Shown here piece by piece: positions 48,638 through 58,320 of a stretch of DNA of 64,000 bases. Position numbers and translations under genes: made by a program. This stretch comes from a virus. The notes below the pieces were generated by a model. That model was not told where the DNA came from and ran no database searches. It saw only the letters and a list, made by a program, of their open reading frames with translations. How positions within the stretch are numbered: the first letter of the stretch is position 1; every line of letters starts with the position of its first letter. Where the stretch lies: positions 1-64,000 of IMG/VR virus record IMGVR_UViG_3300035105_000276; one strand, given 5' to 3'.

Positions 48638-48687
48638 AAAAAAAATACCTATGCAACCCTGTGGGAGAGTCACGTAGGTATTCTTTT
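48638..48687 (-). terminator. Rho-independent terminator
   Basis: aatacctatg...cgtaggtatt stem with an A run on + (U run on -). Confidence 0.65.
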
Positions 48688-48786
48688 AGTTTTAGGAAGG
48701 AATACCCTGTGGCAGGGCCGATTTCAAAGAATAATTCCAGGTGCCACGGTCCGGAATAACAGAAGCTACAACACTTCCATTATATT

Positions 48787-48816
48787 CTTATAACAAAAAC
48801 AGGCCCTTGGTTTTGA
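48787..48816 (-). promoter_or_regulatory. Putative early promoter TCAAAA-N18-TATAAG
   Basis: cttataacaaaaacaggcccttggttttga on +; same layout at 53001. Confidence 0.5.
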
Positions 48817-48819
48817 AAT

Positions 48820-49134
48820 TCAGGCATCCTCGATCATGTTCGGGAAATATTTTTCAGCCACCTCTTCCCCGCCATGAGACGTCAGCCATTCGAAAGCCTC
48901 TTTCTCTGTCATAGGAGACAGGATCTCACCCCCACCTTTTGCTCCGTTCCCCAGGTTCTGGGAGTATGGACCCATTGGGCCGCTGGTGCCATGGACAAAG
49001 TAAGCACCCTTCTCCGTTTTGTACAAGGCTTCATCATGCTGCTTAAAATCTCCTCCATAGATGCCATTATCCCACTCATGGAGCTTCTCTGCCGTTTCGG
49101 TGTCATACCGCTTTCCATCGATGATTCTTTTCAT
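48820..49134 (-). CDS. Small phage protein (KRYDTETA type)
   Basis: 'MKRIIDGKRYDTETA...LYKTEKGAYF'; SD AGGAG. Confidence 0.75.
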   Translation of the reverse strand: MKRIIDGKRYDTETAEKLHEWDNGIYGGDFKQHDEALYKTEKGAYFVHGTSGPMGPYSQNLGNGAKGGGEILSPMTEKEAFEWLTSHGGEEVAEKYFPNMIEDA

Positions 49135-49186
49135 CTTTCTCTCCTTGTTTAATGGGGAGTTTGTAAGCTACTCCCTTGGTTTTAGG

Positions 49187-49696
49187 TTATTTTGCCTCGT
49201 ACAAAGGCTGTTTCTCCTGTTCAGTCTCTTTACCATCCACCTCAAAATCAAACACCTGGCAGGTATATTTCCCTCCTCGAAACTCGAACTCTTCCTGCAC
49301 AAGCTTCTTGGCCTTTTCCAAGGTGAAGCACACCCCTACGATGTAAGAGTATGAGTCCCAGTTGCCATAGCGCAAAGCTTTAACAATGTAATAGGCTGAG
49401 TCAGCAACAGCAACTTCCATACTGTATTTCTTATTCCACAACCTGACCATCTCTTTGTACACAGCTCCAACCATCTCCGTCCAGGCTTTTGGTTCAAATT
49501 GTACCCATCTTTCTGAGTATAATCTGGCCCTGAACTCTGGAGGCAGACACCTGCTTGTAATAGGCTGTGGCACGTCCCCTCTCATGGTGAATTCAACGCA
49601 AGGCACTTCTTGCCCTACTTCAGCAAAGATCTCCTTACCCGTGCCAGGTATATCCGAATAATATAACTTAATTTTTGATATGTCTATTTTTTCCAT
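49187..49696 (-). CDS. Hypothetical protein
   Basis: ORF in the tightly packed - strand cluster. Confidence 0.6.
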   Translation of the reverse strand: MEKIDISKIKLYYSDIPGTGKEIFAEVGQEVPCVEFTMRGDVPQPITSRCLPPEFRARLYSERWVQFEPKAWTEMVGAVYKEMVRLWNKKYSMEVAVADSAYYIVKALRYGNWDSYSYIVGVCFTLEKAKKLVQEEFEFRGGKYTCQVFDFEVDGKETEQEKQPLYEAK

Positions 49697-49953
49697 TGTC
49701 CTCTCCCTGTTATAGTGCCTGAGTTTCTCACCTGCTCCTCTTCGTCCTCACCCTCCTCGAAGTCATCACTCCAACTTCGAAATCTCCTGGAATAAAGACT
49801 TATCACCTCAATTTTATACGCACCCCGGGTCATTTCCATTTCCATCCTGGCCATGAGTTCTGCTCTCCCAGAGGTCACATAAGGTCCAAGTGTGTACACC
49901 TTGTGCCCTTTTTTACGCCCGCGACCTACCCGGGTCGCTTTAATCAAGTACAT
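49684..49953 (-). CDS. Hypothetical protein
   Basis: Overlaps both neighbours, SD GGAG. Confidence 0.55.
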   Translation of the reverse strand: MYLIKATRVGRGRKKGHKVYTLGPYVTSGRAELMARMEMEMTRGAYKIEVISLYSRRFRSWSDDFEEGEDEEEQVRNSGTITGRGQWKK

Positions 49954-50513
49954 GGCATGGACTCCGTACTATCCCGGTATTTCTGAAACCTCTCCTGGTA
50001 CACCCTGGGAAGATAATCCCAGACATCCACCCAATCAAAGGTCCACATTTCCCGGCAGTACTTACACTCCACTGTAGGTAAAACAGCGTAATCCCGGGTC
50101 AGCTTCAAAAACCGCAAATGCAGGAAATAAGGATCTCTCCCGTCCCAGTAAACCTTGGTATCAGGGCCTAAATCCGGCAGCCTGGCACCATGATGGCACG
50201 GAACTGAAAACAATGTGCCACACTCGTGCTTCATTTGCAAGGACCCAGGGGTCAACCCATCCGGCTGGAAAGCTTTTCCGTTTATTTTACGTAAACGGAT
50301 AGATTTTGTATGGTCCACATTTTGAAAATCAAACATACCCAGGTGGTCCTCTTCGATGAACGGGGGCCGGAAAAATATGTTTGTGTCCTTCTGAGGGTTA
50401 ACGTTATTTTCCAAGGGCGTGACCTTATCCCTGTCCTCAAACCGAAGGTAATACAGGAGTTCACACACCCCTATTTTTATGCGAGCACCGTTGTACTTTG
50501 CAAACTCACCCAT
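49944..50513 (-). CDS. Hypothetical protein
   Basis: Start MGEFAK with GGAGG SD. Confidence 0.65.
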   Translation of the reverse strand: MGEFAKYNGARIKIGVCELLYYLRFEDRDKVTPLENNVNPQKDTNIFFRPPFIEEDHLGMFDFQNVDHTKSIRLRKINGKAFQPDGLTPGSLQMKHECGTLFSVPCHHGARLPDLGPDTKVYWDGRDPYFLHLRFLKLTRDYAVLPTVECKYCREMWTFDWVDVWDYLPRVYQERFQKYRDSTESMPCT

Positions 50514-50739
50514 TCTTTGCCTCCTTCCTTGGTTTGAAATACCGTAAAAACACCTCCTGGCCACATGTTTCATAGTACTCTGGGTGTGTATCTGCTGAGG
50601 GGTACACTCTGTAGTAGGTACCCTCACCTGGTGTACCCACCCTTTCAAAAGGGTAACTGTCTCCGAAGCAGTACCCCTCTAGCCCATGTCTCCCCATTGG
50701 AGCTTCAGTACACTCTGCTATTTTTAATTTCTTTGCCAT
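50506..50739 (-). CDS. Hypothetical protein
   Basis: Start MAKKLK with GGAGG SD. Confidence 0.6.
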   Translation of the reverse strand: MAKKLKIAECTEAPMGRHGLEGYCFGDSYPFERVGTPGEGTYYRVYPSADTHPEYYETCGQEVFLRYFKPRKEAKNG

Positions 50740-50872
50740 AATTCTGTCTCCTCCCTTAAAAGAAAACCCAAGCACGAAGCCTGGATTTTCTTTTTGCAAT
50801 TTTATTTTAAATAAACCAGGGCCCAGGCCACATATGCATCACCTCCTTAATGAGTGCCTCCTTTTGGTTAGA

Positions 50873-51067
50873 TTAAGCTTCAATCCCCTCTTCTTCGGGA
50901 TTTCCAATCGCAACCTTCTCCCCACAACAGGGGCACACGTAGCCACACTCTTTTGTGTGCAGCCTGTAGTATCCGACCGCACACATCCGGCAAACTCCCG
51001 CTCCGCACGTAGGGCAGGAATGAACATCGTAAATTTCATGTTGACACGGGTTGGTCTCTTCGGTCAT
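50873..51067 (-). CDS. Small Cys-rich protein
   Basis: CPTC, CRMC, CPCC; AGGAG SD. Confidence 0.55.
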   Translation of the reverse strand: MTEETNPCQHEIYDVHSCPTCGAGVCRMCAVGYYRLHTKECGYVCPCCGEKVAIGNPEEEGIEA

Positions 51068-51077
51068 AATGATCTCC

Positions 51078-51356
51078 TTATCGGGCCAAAGCCCGTTGCA
51101 TTAGGGTTACCTGCCTGTAGGTGGCAGGGAAAAAAGCATGAGCACAGCCTTTTTCGGCAAGGAGAGAGGCTGTGCTTTTTTCTTTTTGGGTCAAAGTTTC
51201 TTTCAGTTTTCTGGATGCAACGACCAGCAGAACCAGCCCAATCAGATTGATGAGTGGGGGCAAGGTGTTGTCGTTGCAGGCCATGGCCAGGCCGAGCATA
51301 CAAAGAATTGCAAAAATATTTTTCACGTATAATCTCCTTTCCAAATCAATGGGCAC
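51078..51356 (-). CDS. Small membrane protein
   Basis: Two hydrophobic segments. Confidence 0.5.
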   Translation of the reverse strand: MPIDLERRLYVKNIFAILCMLGLAMACNDNTLPPLINLIGLVLLVVASRKLKETLTQKEKSTASLLAEKGCAHAFFPATYRQVTLMQRALAR

Positions 51357-51878
51357 TCCTCAATCGGAATCAATCCAGTAAATTTCCCAACCCCGTACCC
51401 AATCAGTATACCCCCGGCTTTCCTGATTTCTTCCTGCTCTTTAGTCAGCAGGGCCTTGAAATCGATGTTCGGGCAAGGTGATACCACGAATGTTGGGACT
51501 ACTCTAGTGGAACCGTCTTCGTATTGGATTTGAATAATGCCCGGGTCAACCGGGGTAGGTACTCCGAGAATGGTGACATCTGGAGAAGCTTACCTGGAGG
51601 GTACGGGCGAATTGGGACTGGGACATTTTTAATGTCTTTCTGAGTGATTTCATCGCTACATCCTATTTTATCTAAAAACCGTATTGGCATAACAATGCCG
51701 GAAAAGCCAGCACCAACCAAACCACAGTATGTGCACCCCGATGCAAGTATAGCTAAACACAATCTTACGTGTGCTTGCTGCTTACTGGGTACATCATACT
51801 ACAGTTCTATCAGTGCCGGCTTTTCCGGCGACCCGTCCAATTTGTATAGCCCTGGCAGGTGGTCAGGGCTTGGTGCGG

Positions 51879-52616
51879 TTATTCTTTCGGGGCCACTTTT
51901 CGCGGTCCCGGGGCCGGCTGAGGCCCCTCTACAATCGGGCGGCGAGGTGGCTTCGGGTGTCCGAAACAGCCTGGCCAGTACTTCCATATGGCGGTAGTCC
52001 TCTGCCGCCATTGGGTAAATTCCCCCGGTGGGACAACTGCCCACCAGATGGCCCCGTCGTCGTCCAGGACGATGGATAATAATGCCCTGCCTACACTGGC
52101 CTGTAGATCCCGCTGGGTAGCGGGGTTGGATCCGTCGAAGCGAACTTCGACTGGAAATGGCAGCCTGGCAACAGCTTTCCGCAGCTGAGGGAGCGGATTT
52201 AAGCGGAGGCGATATGCAGCCTCGGCATCTTCAAAGATGTCGAGGACTGAGTCTGCACCGAAGAAAGTGCAGAGACGGTTTTCAATGGAGTCATTTTCCA
52301 CGGCTCCGTTGAAAATAACCTCTCCGTCCCGGAGGACGGATTCGAGGTCGTCGCCATACCATACGGCCTCGTAAAACGAGCCGTGGCAAAACCACAGCTC
52401 GGAAAATATGTCGGGGTCTGACCCCATAGTAGGGGTTACCACACCCCCAGAATTTCCAACCCACCAGTTGTTTTCTATGGTAGGGCAGAAAGAGTGAGTC
52501 GGATGATACTGAAAATATGTGGCGGCAGCTATAGAAATTGGGTGCTCAGATCCGAATGTCTTGATAATGGCAGTAAGTTCTGGATGTCTCATAATAAATC
52601 CTTTCGTCCAGCTCAA
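51879..52616 (-). CDS. Hypothetical protein
   Basis: 245-aa ORF. Confidence 0.55.
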   Translation of the reverse strand: MSWTKGFIMRHPELTAIIKTFGSEHPISIAAATYFQYHPTHSFCPTIENNWWVGNSGGVVTPTMGSDPDIFSELWFCHGSFYEAVWYGDDLESVLRDGEVIFNGAVENDSIENRLCTFFGADSVLDIFEDAEAAYRLRLNPLPQLRKAVARLPFPVEVRFDGSNPATQRDLQASVGRALLSIVLDDDGAIWWAVVPPGEFTQWRQRTTAIWKYWPGCFGHPKPPRRPIVEGPQPAPGPRKVAPKE

Positions 52617-53000
52617 TTCCCGGCTGGTACGGGTGCCTGGCTTAGGCGGTTGGTAATTCAGATTCAGCGTTCCCCTTGATCTGTCTCTATAGCTTTCTTT
52701 ATTGCCCCGGCGGACCGGGGCGGGTTGGGTTAAACGTCAAACTCCTGCCCACATTCACGGCAGCGCATGAAAGCGTTGTCATGGGCTGGGTCAGGTCTGC
52801 TGTCAAAGCGACAGCAGTTGTGACAATTATCTGTCCCGCAATGGGGACAGGTAACTTCAGCATAATCATGAGCATGGGGATGGTATTCCCCGTTCCATTC
52901 AAAACACATATTTCCTCCTTATTTGCCCCGGTGGTGTGCCGGGGCGGTGGGGTTCTATCGTTTCATATAAGTTAAAAGACGTAAATATCTTTATCATAAT

Positions 53001-53030
53001 CTTATAACAAATTCCGGCATTGGGTTTTGA
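53001..53030 (-). promoter_or_regulatory. Putative early promoter TCAAAA-N18-TATAAG
   Basis: Directly downstream (on -) of a terminator-like hairpin at ~53038-53080. Confidence 0.5.
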
Positions 53031-53133
53031 ATATTTAAAAAAAGCCAGGCACCTACAAAGCAAGTGGCCCGGCCCTTTCTACCCAATTACATTCAGCAGC
53101 ACTCCCTTATTCTTTAAGTGGGTTACCCTGCAT

Positions 53134-53466
53134 CTATTTACGTCTGTCCCATAGTTCCCAGAGGGTAGATTCCGTAGATGGATGACAATAAAGTTTTTTG
53201 TTTGCCTGGTCCAGCAGGAATACCTTCATTGGTCGCAGACAAGAATATTTCTTCCAGTACTTTTTATCCCATCTTCGATTCTTTTTCTTACGGGGTTTTT
53301 TGTACAGCACGCGCTCTACCATCAGACTATTGGTGATAATCTCTGGAAATGGTTGGGAAGCTCTAGCCTCTATAATCTTATACATCGCATCACGGATAAT
53401 AGCCATGCTGATGCTGGATGCTGTACACGAACTAGTATCAAAAGCTGTAAAATCCATATTTTCCAT
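53134..53466 (-). CDS. Hypothetical basic protein
   Basis: 110-aa ORF immediately after rtcB. Confidence 0.5.
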   Translation of the reverse strand: MENMDFTAFDTSSCTASSISMAIIRDAMYKIIEARASQPFPEIITNSLMVERVLYKKPRKKKNRRWDKKYWKKYSCLRPMKVFLLDQANKKLYCHPSTESTLWELWDRRK

Positions 53467-53469
53467 CTT

Positions 53470-54636
53470 TTACCCTTTCAAAACCCCTAAGGGAGTAAGT
53501 TTTACCTCGATTTCCACCAGGTCATCCTGGTTGGCCATCACTGTGTCAATATCCTTGTATGCTCCAATAGCCTCACTAAGGCTGCTTTTGCCCTTAATAC
53601 TATGCACAATCTTCCCCATCCGTGCAATCTCTACATCTAAATTCAGGCTCTCTCTGGCTTTTGTACTACTCATAGCCCTGCCGGCACCATGTGAGCACGA
53701 ATTGAAACTATCACGATCCCCCTTGCCAAAACCAAGGTATGAGGGAGTGCCCTGGGATCCAGGGATCACAACTATGTCACCTTCGGCTGCTTTTACGGCC
53801 CCCTTGCGATGAACCCAAACATCTTGGCCAAAGTGGTTCTCCAGGCTGGCATAATTGTGGGTCACATCAACTGTATGGCAAATTTCAGCCCCCATAAAGC
53901 CCTGGCCCATGAAAACCTTTATGCAATTTTTGAGTATCAGGGCCCTGGATACTTTGGCGAAACCAATGCAATAATTCATCTCTTTGAGGTACACTTGGCC
54001 TTCATCAGAATCCACAGGTAAAAATGCCAGCCCATTATCCATGAACTGGAGATTGTACCATTTTGCATTCATCTCTTTTGCGATCCAGTTATAATGGTTG
54101 GCAACCTTATACCCCAGATTCCTGGACCCTGAATGAATCATCAGATAAATAAACCCATCAGACCCTTTCTGGATTTCAATGAAATGGTTGCCGCCCCCGA
54201 GAGTCCCCAATTGTTTCAAAGCAGACTGAAATTGGGACTCTACAACAGGCAGATAATCCGTAGGGTGCTCGGTACTTGGCATTAAACTGTCAGATTGAGG
54301 GTAGGAATGGTGATTTTTACCAACCGGTACCCTCTCCCTGATCCCCTCAAATACTGATCTGATCTGTTCCGCAGAGATTTCTTTTAAGGGTAATTGATAG
54401 CATGTAACTCCACAGCCAATATCTGATCCTACAGCGTATGGTACAATCACCCCATGGGTTGCGAGGACACCACCAATTGGCATTCCGTAGCCCATGTGGG
54501 CGTCAGGCATCAAAGCAATGTGCTTGAAAGCAAAAGGTAAATTGGCCAGGTTATGGGCCTGCTTCAAGGCTGATTTCTCCAGGTCGTCCAACCACATTTT
54601 GATTGGAAGTTTCTGAGAAGTGTCAACTTTTTTCAT
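53470..54636 (-). CDS. rtcB: RtcB RNA ligase
   Basis: 'MPDAHMGYGMPIGGV', 'DIGCG', 'LGTLGGGNHFIE', 'HSGSR', 'HNYA', 'HRKGA', 'SHGAGR', 'YKDI'. Confidence 0.95.
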   Translation of the reverse strand: MKKVDTSQKLPIKMWLDDLEKSALKQAHNLANLPFAFKHIALMPDAHMGYGMPIGGVLATHGVIVPYAVGSDIGCGVTCYQLPLKEISAEQIRSVFEGIRERVPVGKNHHSYPQSDSLMPSTEHPTDYLPVVESQFQSALKQLGTLGGGNHFIEIQKGSDGFIYLMIHSGSRNLGYKVANHYNWIAKEMNAKWYNLQFMDNGLAFLPVDSDEGQVYLKEMNYCIGFAKVSRALILKNCIKVFMGQGFMGAEICHTVDVTHNYASLENHFGQDVWVHRKGAVKAAEGDIVVIPGSQGTPSYLGFGKGDRDSFNSCSHGAGRAMSSTKARESLNLDVEIARMGKIVHSIKGKSSLSEAIGAYKDIDTVMANQDDLVEIEVKLTPLGVLKG

Positions 54637-54637
54637 A

Positions 54638-54997
54638 CTATTCCTCTCCCTGTACATACCTAAGATTTTCGCGGGTAATAACAAATGAATAATGCTTAAT
54701 CTCCCCTGTATTGAAAGATACCAGAGCGTCCTCACCTCTTTTTTGTGTAGGCTTTACCCACATATCTCCCCCGAGGTACACCTTATCCCCAGGTTTCATA
54801 TCTATATAAAATCTTGTAACATCTTCCCACGTAGTATCCCCCTTCTCCTCTTTTTCCAGGGTAGCCGCGATACTCAGGCGGGTAACCTGCTCTTCGTCGA
54901 ATGGGATAGGATCTGGGCAAAGGTCTCCCAGAATTTTCAGAGGGGCTTCGTGGATATCCCCGTATAAAATTAAATGTATTCGTTCTTCGTGGGTCAT
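54638..54997 (-). CDS. Hypothetical protein
   Basis: Coupled between the antirepressor and rtcB. Confidence 0.55.
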   Translation of the reverse strand: MTHEERIHLILYGDIHEAPLKILGDLCPDPIPFDEEQVTRLSIAATLEKEEKGDTTWEDVTRFYIDMKPGDKVYLGGDMWVKPTQKRGEDALVSFNTGEIKHYSFVITRENLRYVQGEE

Positions 54998-55794
54998 GAT
55001 CCACCCTCCACAATCTTATTCACTTCTTCCAACGCCGGCAGAGCCTGCAAATAATCCACCACAGACTCCATCCAGAACATCTGCGTCACAGCAGCACCAT
55101 CCTTTTCTTTTTCCCGGTGTCCTTTATTACGCAGAACTCTCTGCCTTTTTCTGTCGGAGACCACGTCAGCTTCTTTTTACCGTTCCTGTGAGCAACCTGT
55201 AATCCACAAGTCTCCAGCAGTTTATTTGTTTTCTGCCCAGAAATGCCAAGACGTTTTCCCAGGTCCGTAGCATTCAAATGGATCTCCTGCTCTTCCTGCA
55301 CCAGGGCCGGTAACTGGAAAGTTTCCCTGCAATCCACCCCATAAATCCGGTGCACTGCCTGGTTTGCGGAAAGCCTGGCCTGGTTCTCGTTCAAACCCCA
55401 GAATTTGGCTATCCTGGCTGCTCCGTTGAGTTCTGAAGCCAGCTTTGAAAGAGTAGGAGCTTTGAGCTTTTTGGGTTCCGCTTTTTCGGCAAGCAGGGCT
55501 TTGCCTTTCTTTTCCCAGGCGATGAAATACTTTCTGGCCTGTCTGCCTTTTCCAGTTTGTTCGATCATGGAAAGTTCCTTAGCCATGTCGATGGTGAGTT
55601 CGTACTCAGTTCGTGCTTTAGATTCTGATTCCACCGTTTGGTGGAATTGAATAAAATCAGTGCCTTGTATAAACTTATACTTCTTTATACGTCTTTTCAT
55701 CCATGTTGAAAAGTCCTGTTTACTCTCCAAAAAATTCATGCAACTTCCTGGCATCCACTGTGTTGTTCTCATTGATTTTAATCAAATCTGTCAT
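54994..55794 (-). pseudogene. AntA/AntB-type antirepressor with two apparent homopolymer frameshifts
   Basis: 'VDARKLHEF|LESKQDFSTWMKRRI...LTIDMAKELSM...GRQARKYFI' and 'DTGKK|DGAAVTQMFW' are split over three frames. Confidence 0.75.
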
Positions 55795-56186
55795 TTTTCA
55801 TTCTCCGTTTTTGTGTAAATTTTGCGTACCAACTAAGACACATGATGTCCAAGATCCATTCGCAACTGCGTAGATTATGTTCGCATTCCAACCAATTAAA
55901 ATTAGGTCCCCATTATTACTCACCTAGATCTCAAAGGCTTCTTTGGTTACCCAGCCAGAAGGGAATAACGCTATAGTGTATAGATCCATGGCCTACCTCC
56001 ATCTTATCGTTTGGTCTGCTTGAGTAAGGTAAAATCGCACAGCCCGGGCCTGATCTTCAACGCTACAGGGCATCATCCCGCATACTTCGCATCTAACAGG
56101 CCAGGGGCCGCGCTTCCCACTCAGGTGCCTCAACGTGTGATGCGCACGTGTTGGCACCCTGTGGGCTCTAAGGGTTGCTGGTTCGT

Positions 56187-57458
56187 CTACCCTGCTATCA
56201 ATAATGTTTTACTCGCCCGGGTCACCCCCGTATAAAACCACCGTGTATACTCCTCCTCACTTTGCCCATACAGCCTCTGATTAATCAGAAACACAGCATC
56301 CCACTCTGACCCCTGGGCCTTGTGAACAGTCAGAGCGTACCCAAAGTCAAAGAACTGCCGATCTTTGAAAATGTTCATATCCATTTTGGACAAATCAGAT
56401 CCGAAGCAGGAGGTATGGCATTTAACTTTTATCGGGTTCCCACCATGAACCGGGAGAACCTGCATCTTACCTCTGGAATACCGAGTCTCTTTTTTCGAGT
56501 CACCATCCAGAACACAAGGTGTCAGCACTTTGCACAGTGTCCCATTTTTCAAACCAGTTTCCCGGTCATTTTTCAAGCACACCACCAGCTCACCCTCTTT
56601 AGGCATTGTCCCTTTAAATCCCAGCTGATCCCTGGCTTTTTTATTATAGAAATGACGGGTTTTATTTTTCCCGCACAGAATCACCCCGGTGCCTTCCTCT
56701 TTGCGAAAATACTTATCAATGAATCTCCCCAGCAATGCATTCAGCTCAGTTTTGGTGGGGCGAAATCTGATCAGCGATTTGTCCAGCTGTCCGAATCCGA
56801 GATTTTTTCCGGTACGTACGAATGTCGCAGCTTTTATAATCGGGTTATCCAGAGCCTGCCGATGAACTGTTATTAGCTCTGTGTTTGCCTGCAATAATCG
56901 AGGGTGCGTCCCACCATTCACTGGAGGAACCTGATAATGATCCCCGCAAAATAGAATCGGAATATCGAAATGAGTAAGGTCTCTGAACATTTCATCGTGA
57001 ATCATAGACAACTCATCCACAATGAGAAATTTTATGTTCACCGTGTACCAGTTTCCGTCCCGGCTCATGAAAGGGAGCTTAATCCCATCAGTATCCACAA
57101 ATCTCTTAGACTGTTTTAAATCGAATGTAATATCCCCGGTGGTATTGTCTTCCCCAGACGGAACATAGAACAAAGAATGAATAGTCCCGACATATCCTGG
57201 ACGTGCCCCTGAATCGCTCAATTTCTGTGCCAGAACATCGCTGGCCTTTCCGGTATATGTTACCATGGCTGTGTCAAGCAACGCTTCCTGGGGCATACTT
57301 TTAAGCATCTCTGTGACCAGTGTTGTCTTACCCGTGCCGGCCCACCCGGCCAGCACATACACATCAGTGAACCTGGACCCCTTTCCTCCTGATTTCCAAT
57401 TTTTCAGCCATGCAAAAATGTCTTTCATGGTTGTGGTCTGTTCTTTTGATAACTCCAC
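56187..57458 (-). CDS. RecD/Dda-like SF1B helicase
   Basis: 'GWAGTGKTT', 'IVDELSM', 'GDHYQVPPV', 'YALTVHKAQGSEW', 'YTGVTRA'. Confidence 0.92.
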   Translation of the reverse strand: MELSKEQTTTMKDIFAWLKNWKSGGKGSRFTDVYVLAGWAGTGKTTLVTEMLKSMPQEALLDTAMVTYTGKASDVLAQKLSDSGARPGYVGTIHSLFYVPSGEDNTTGDITFDLKQSKRFVDTDGIKLPFMSRDGNWYTVNIKFLIVDELSMIHDEMFRDLTHFDIPILFCGDHYQVPPVNGGTHPRLLQANTELITVHRQALDNPIIKAATFVRTGKNLGFGQLDKSLIRFRPTKTELNALLGRFIDKYFRKEEGTGVILCGKNKTRHFYNKKARDQLGFKGTMPKEGELVVCLKNDRETGLKNGTLCKVLTPCVLDGDSKKETRYSRGKMQVLPVHGGNPIKVKCHTSCFGSDLSKMDMNIFKDRQFFDFGYALTVHKAQGSEWDAVFLINQRLYGQSEEEYTRWFYTGVTRASKTLLIAG

Positions 57459-57477
57459 CCCGTAACACCTCCTTTAA

Positions 57478-57516
57478 AGAAAAAAGGGGCGGCCACCCGT
57501 AATGACCGCCCCCCGC
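57478..57516 (-). terminator. Terminator after the HU gene
   Basis: ggggcgg...ccgcccc stem with an A run on +. Confidence 0.6.
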
Positions 57517-57556
57517 TCAAACTAATTTGATCTCACCTGCCGGCCGGCTGGCCGGG

Positions 57557-57844
57557 CTACTGAATGGAGTCTTTCAAGAACTTGGAGGCTGTGAATTTCA
57601 CCCTGTTTTTCTCAGGGATATCAATTCTTTCACCCGTCTGTGGATTGTGCCCCACACGGGCCTCGCTGACCACCGTTTTGAAGGACCCAAATCCCTGGAG
57701 AGTACAACCCTCACCATCAACCAGAGACCCGGAAATCGTAGAAAAAATAGAGTCTACCACAGAAACGCAATCAGCTTTGGTAGCCTTTCCATTGAGTTCA
57801 CTGTACACTGCATTCACCAGGTTTGCTTTTGTCACTGTTGCCAT
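57557..57844 (-). CDS. HU/IHF-family DNA-binding protein
   Basis: 'TKANLV...LQGFGSF...ARVGHNPQTGERIDIPEK..VKFTASKFLK'. Confidence 0.93.
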   Translation of the reverse strand: MATVTKANLVNAVYSELNGKATKADCVSVVDSIFSTISGSLVDGEGCTLQGFGSFKTVVSEARVGHNPQTGERIDIPEKNRVKFTASKFLKDSIQ

Positions 57845-58038
57845 AAAGATAATCCTCTCTTTAAAATGAAATTAGGTTGAACCAAAAATGAAAAAACCTG
57901 TACACCAGACCATTTCTAGGCAATACTGCGCCAAAAATCGAATTTGTGAAGTACAGGTTTTAATGAAAAACTAATTTTTTAAGAAAAATAATGAAGGCAT
58001 ACCAGAAAGGTATGCCAGGTACTGCAAGCTATTTCAGA

Positions 58039-58320
58039 TCAGAAGGTCCGCATTCGCTGGTATTTATGGGCCTCTTCACTTGTGGGCCGGTAAGTTAGGT
58101 ACCCACCGGTTTTATCAATCCAGACAATCCTTGGGAAATCCGGCTTATGCACCCGTGTATACCCTTTCGGAAATGATATTTCACACGTGTCCATCATCTC
58201 TTCCAGCTCACTCTGGTTGAAACAGCTGTCCAGAGCGTCATTCAAAAGAATGCTATGCAGCTCGTCCACTGTCTTGATATCAAAGTGCAAATCAAATGAG
58301 TACGGCAATTTCTCACTCAC
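58039..58320 (-). CDS. Hypothetical protein
   Basis: Overlaps the upstream ORF. Confidence 0.5.
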   Translation of the reverse strand: MSEKLPYSFDLHFDIKTVDELHSILLNDALDSCFNQSELEEMMDTCEISFPKGYTRVHKPDFPRIVWIDKTGGYLTYRPTSEEAHKYQRMRTF

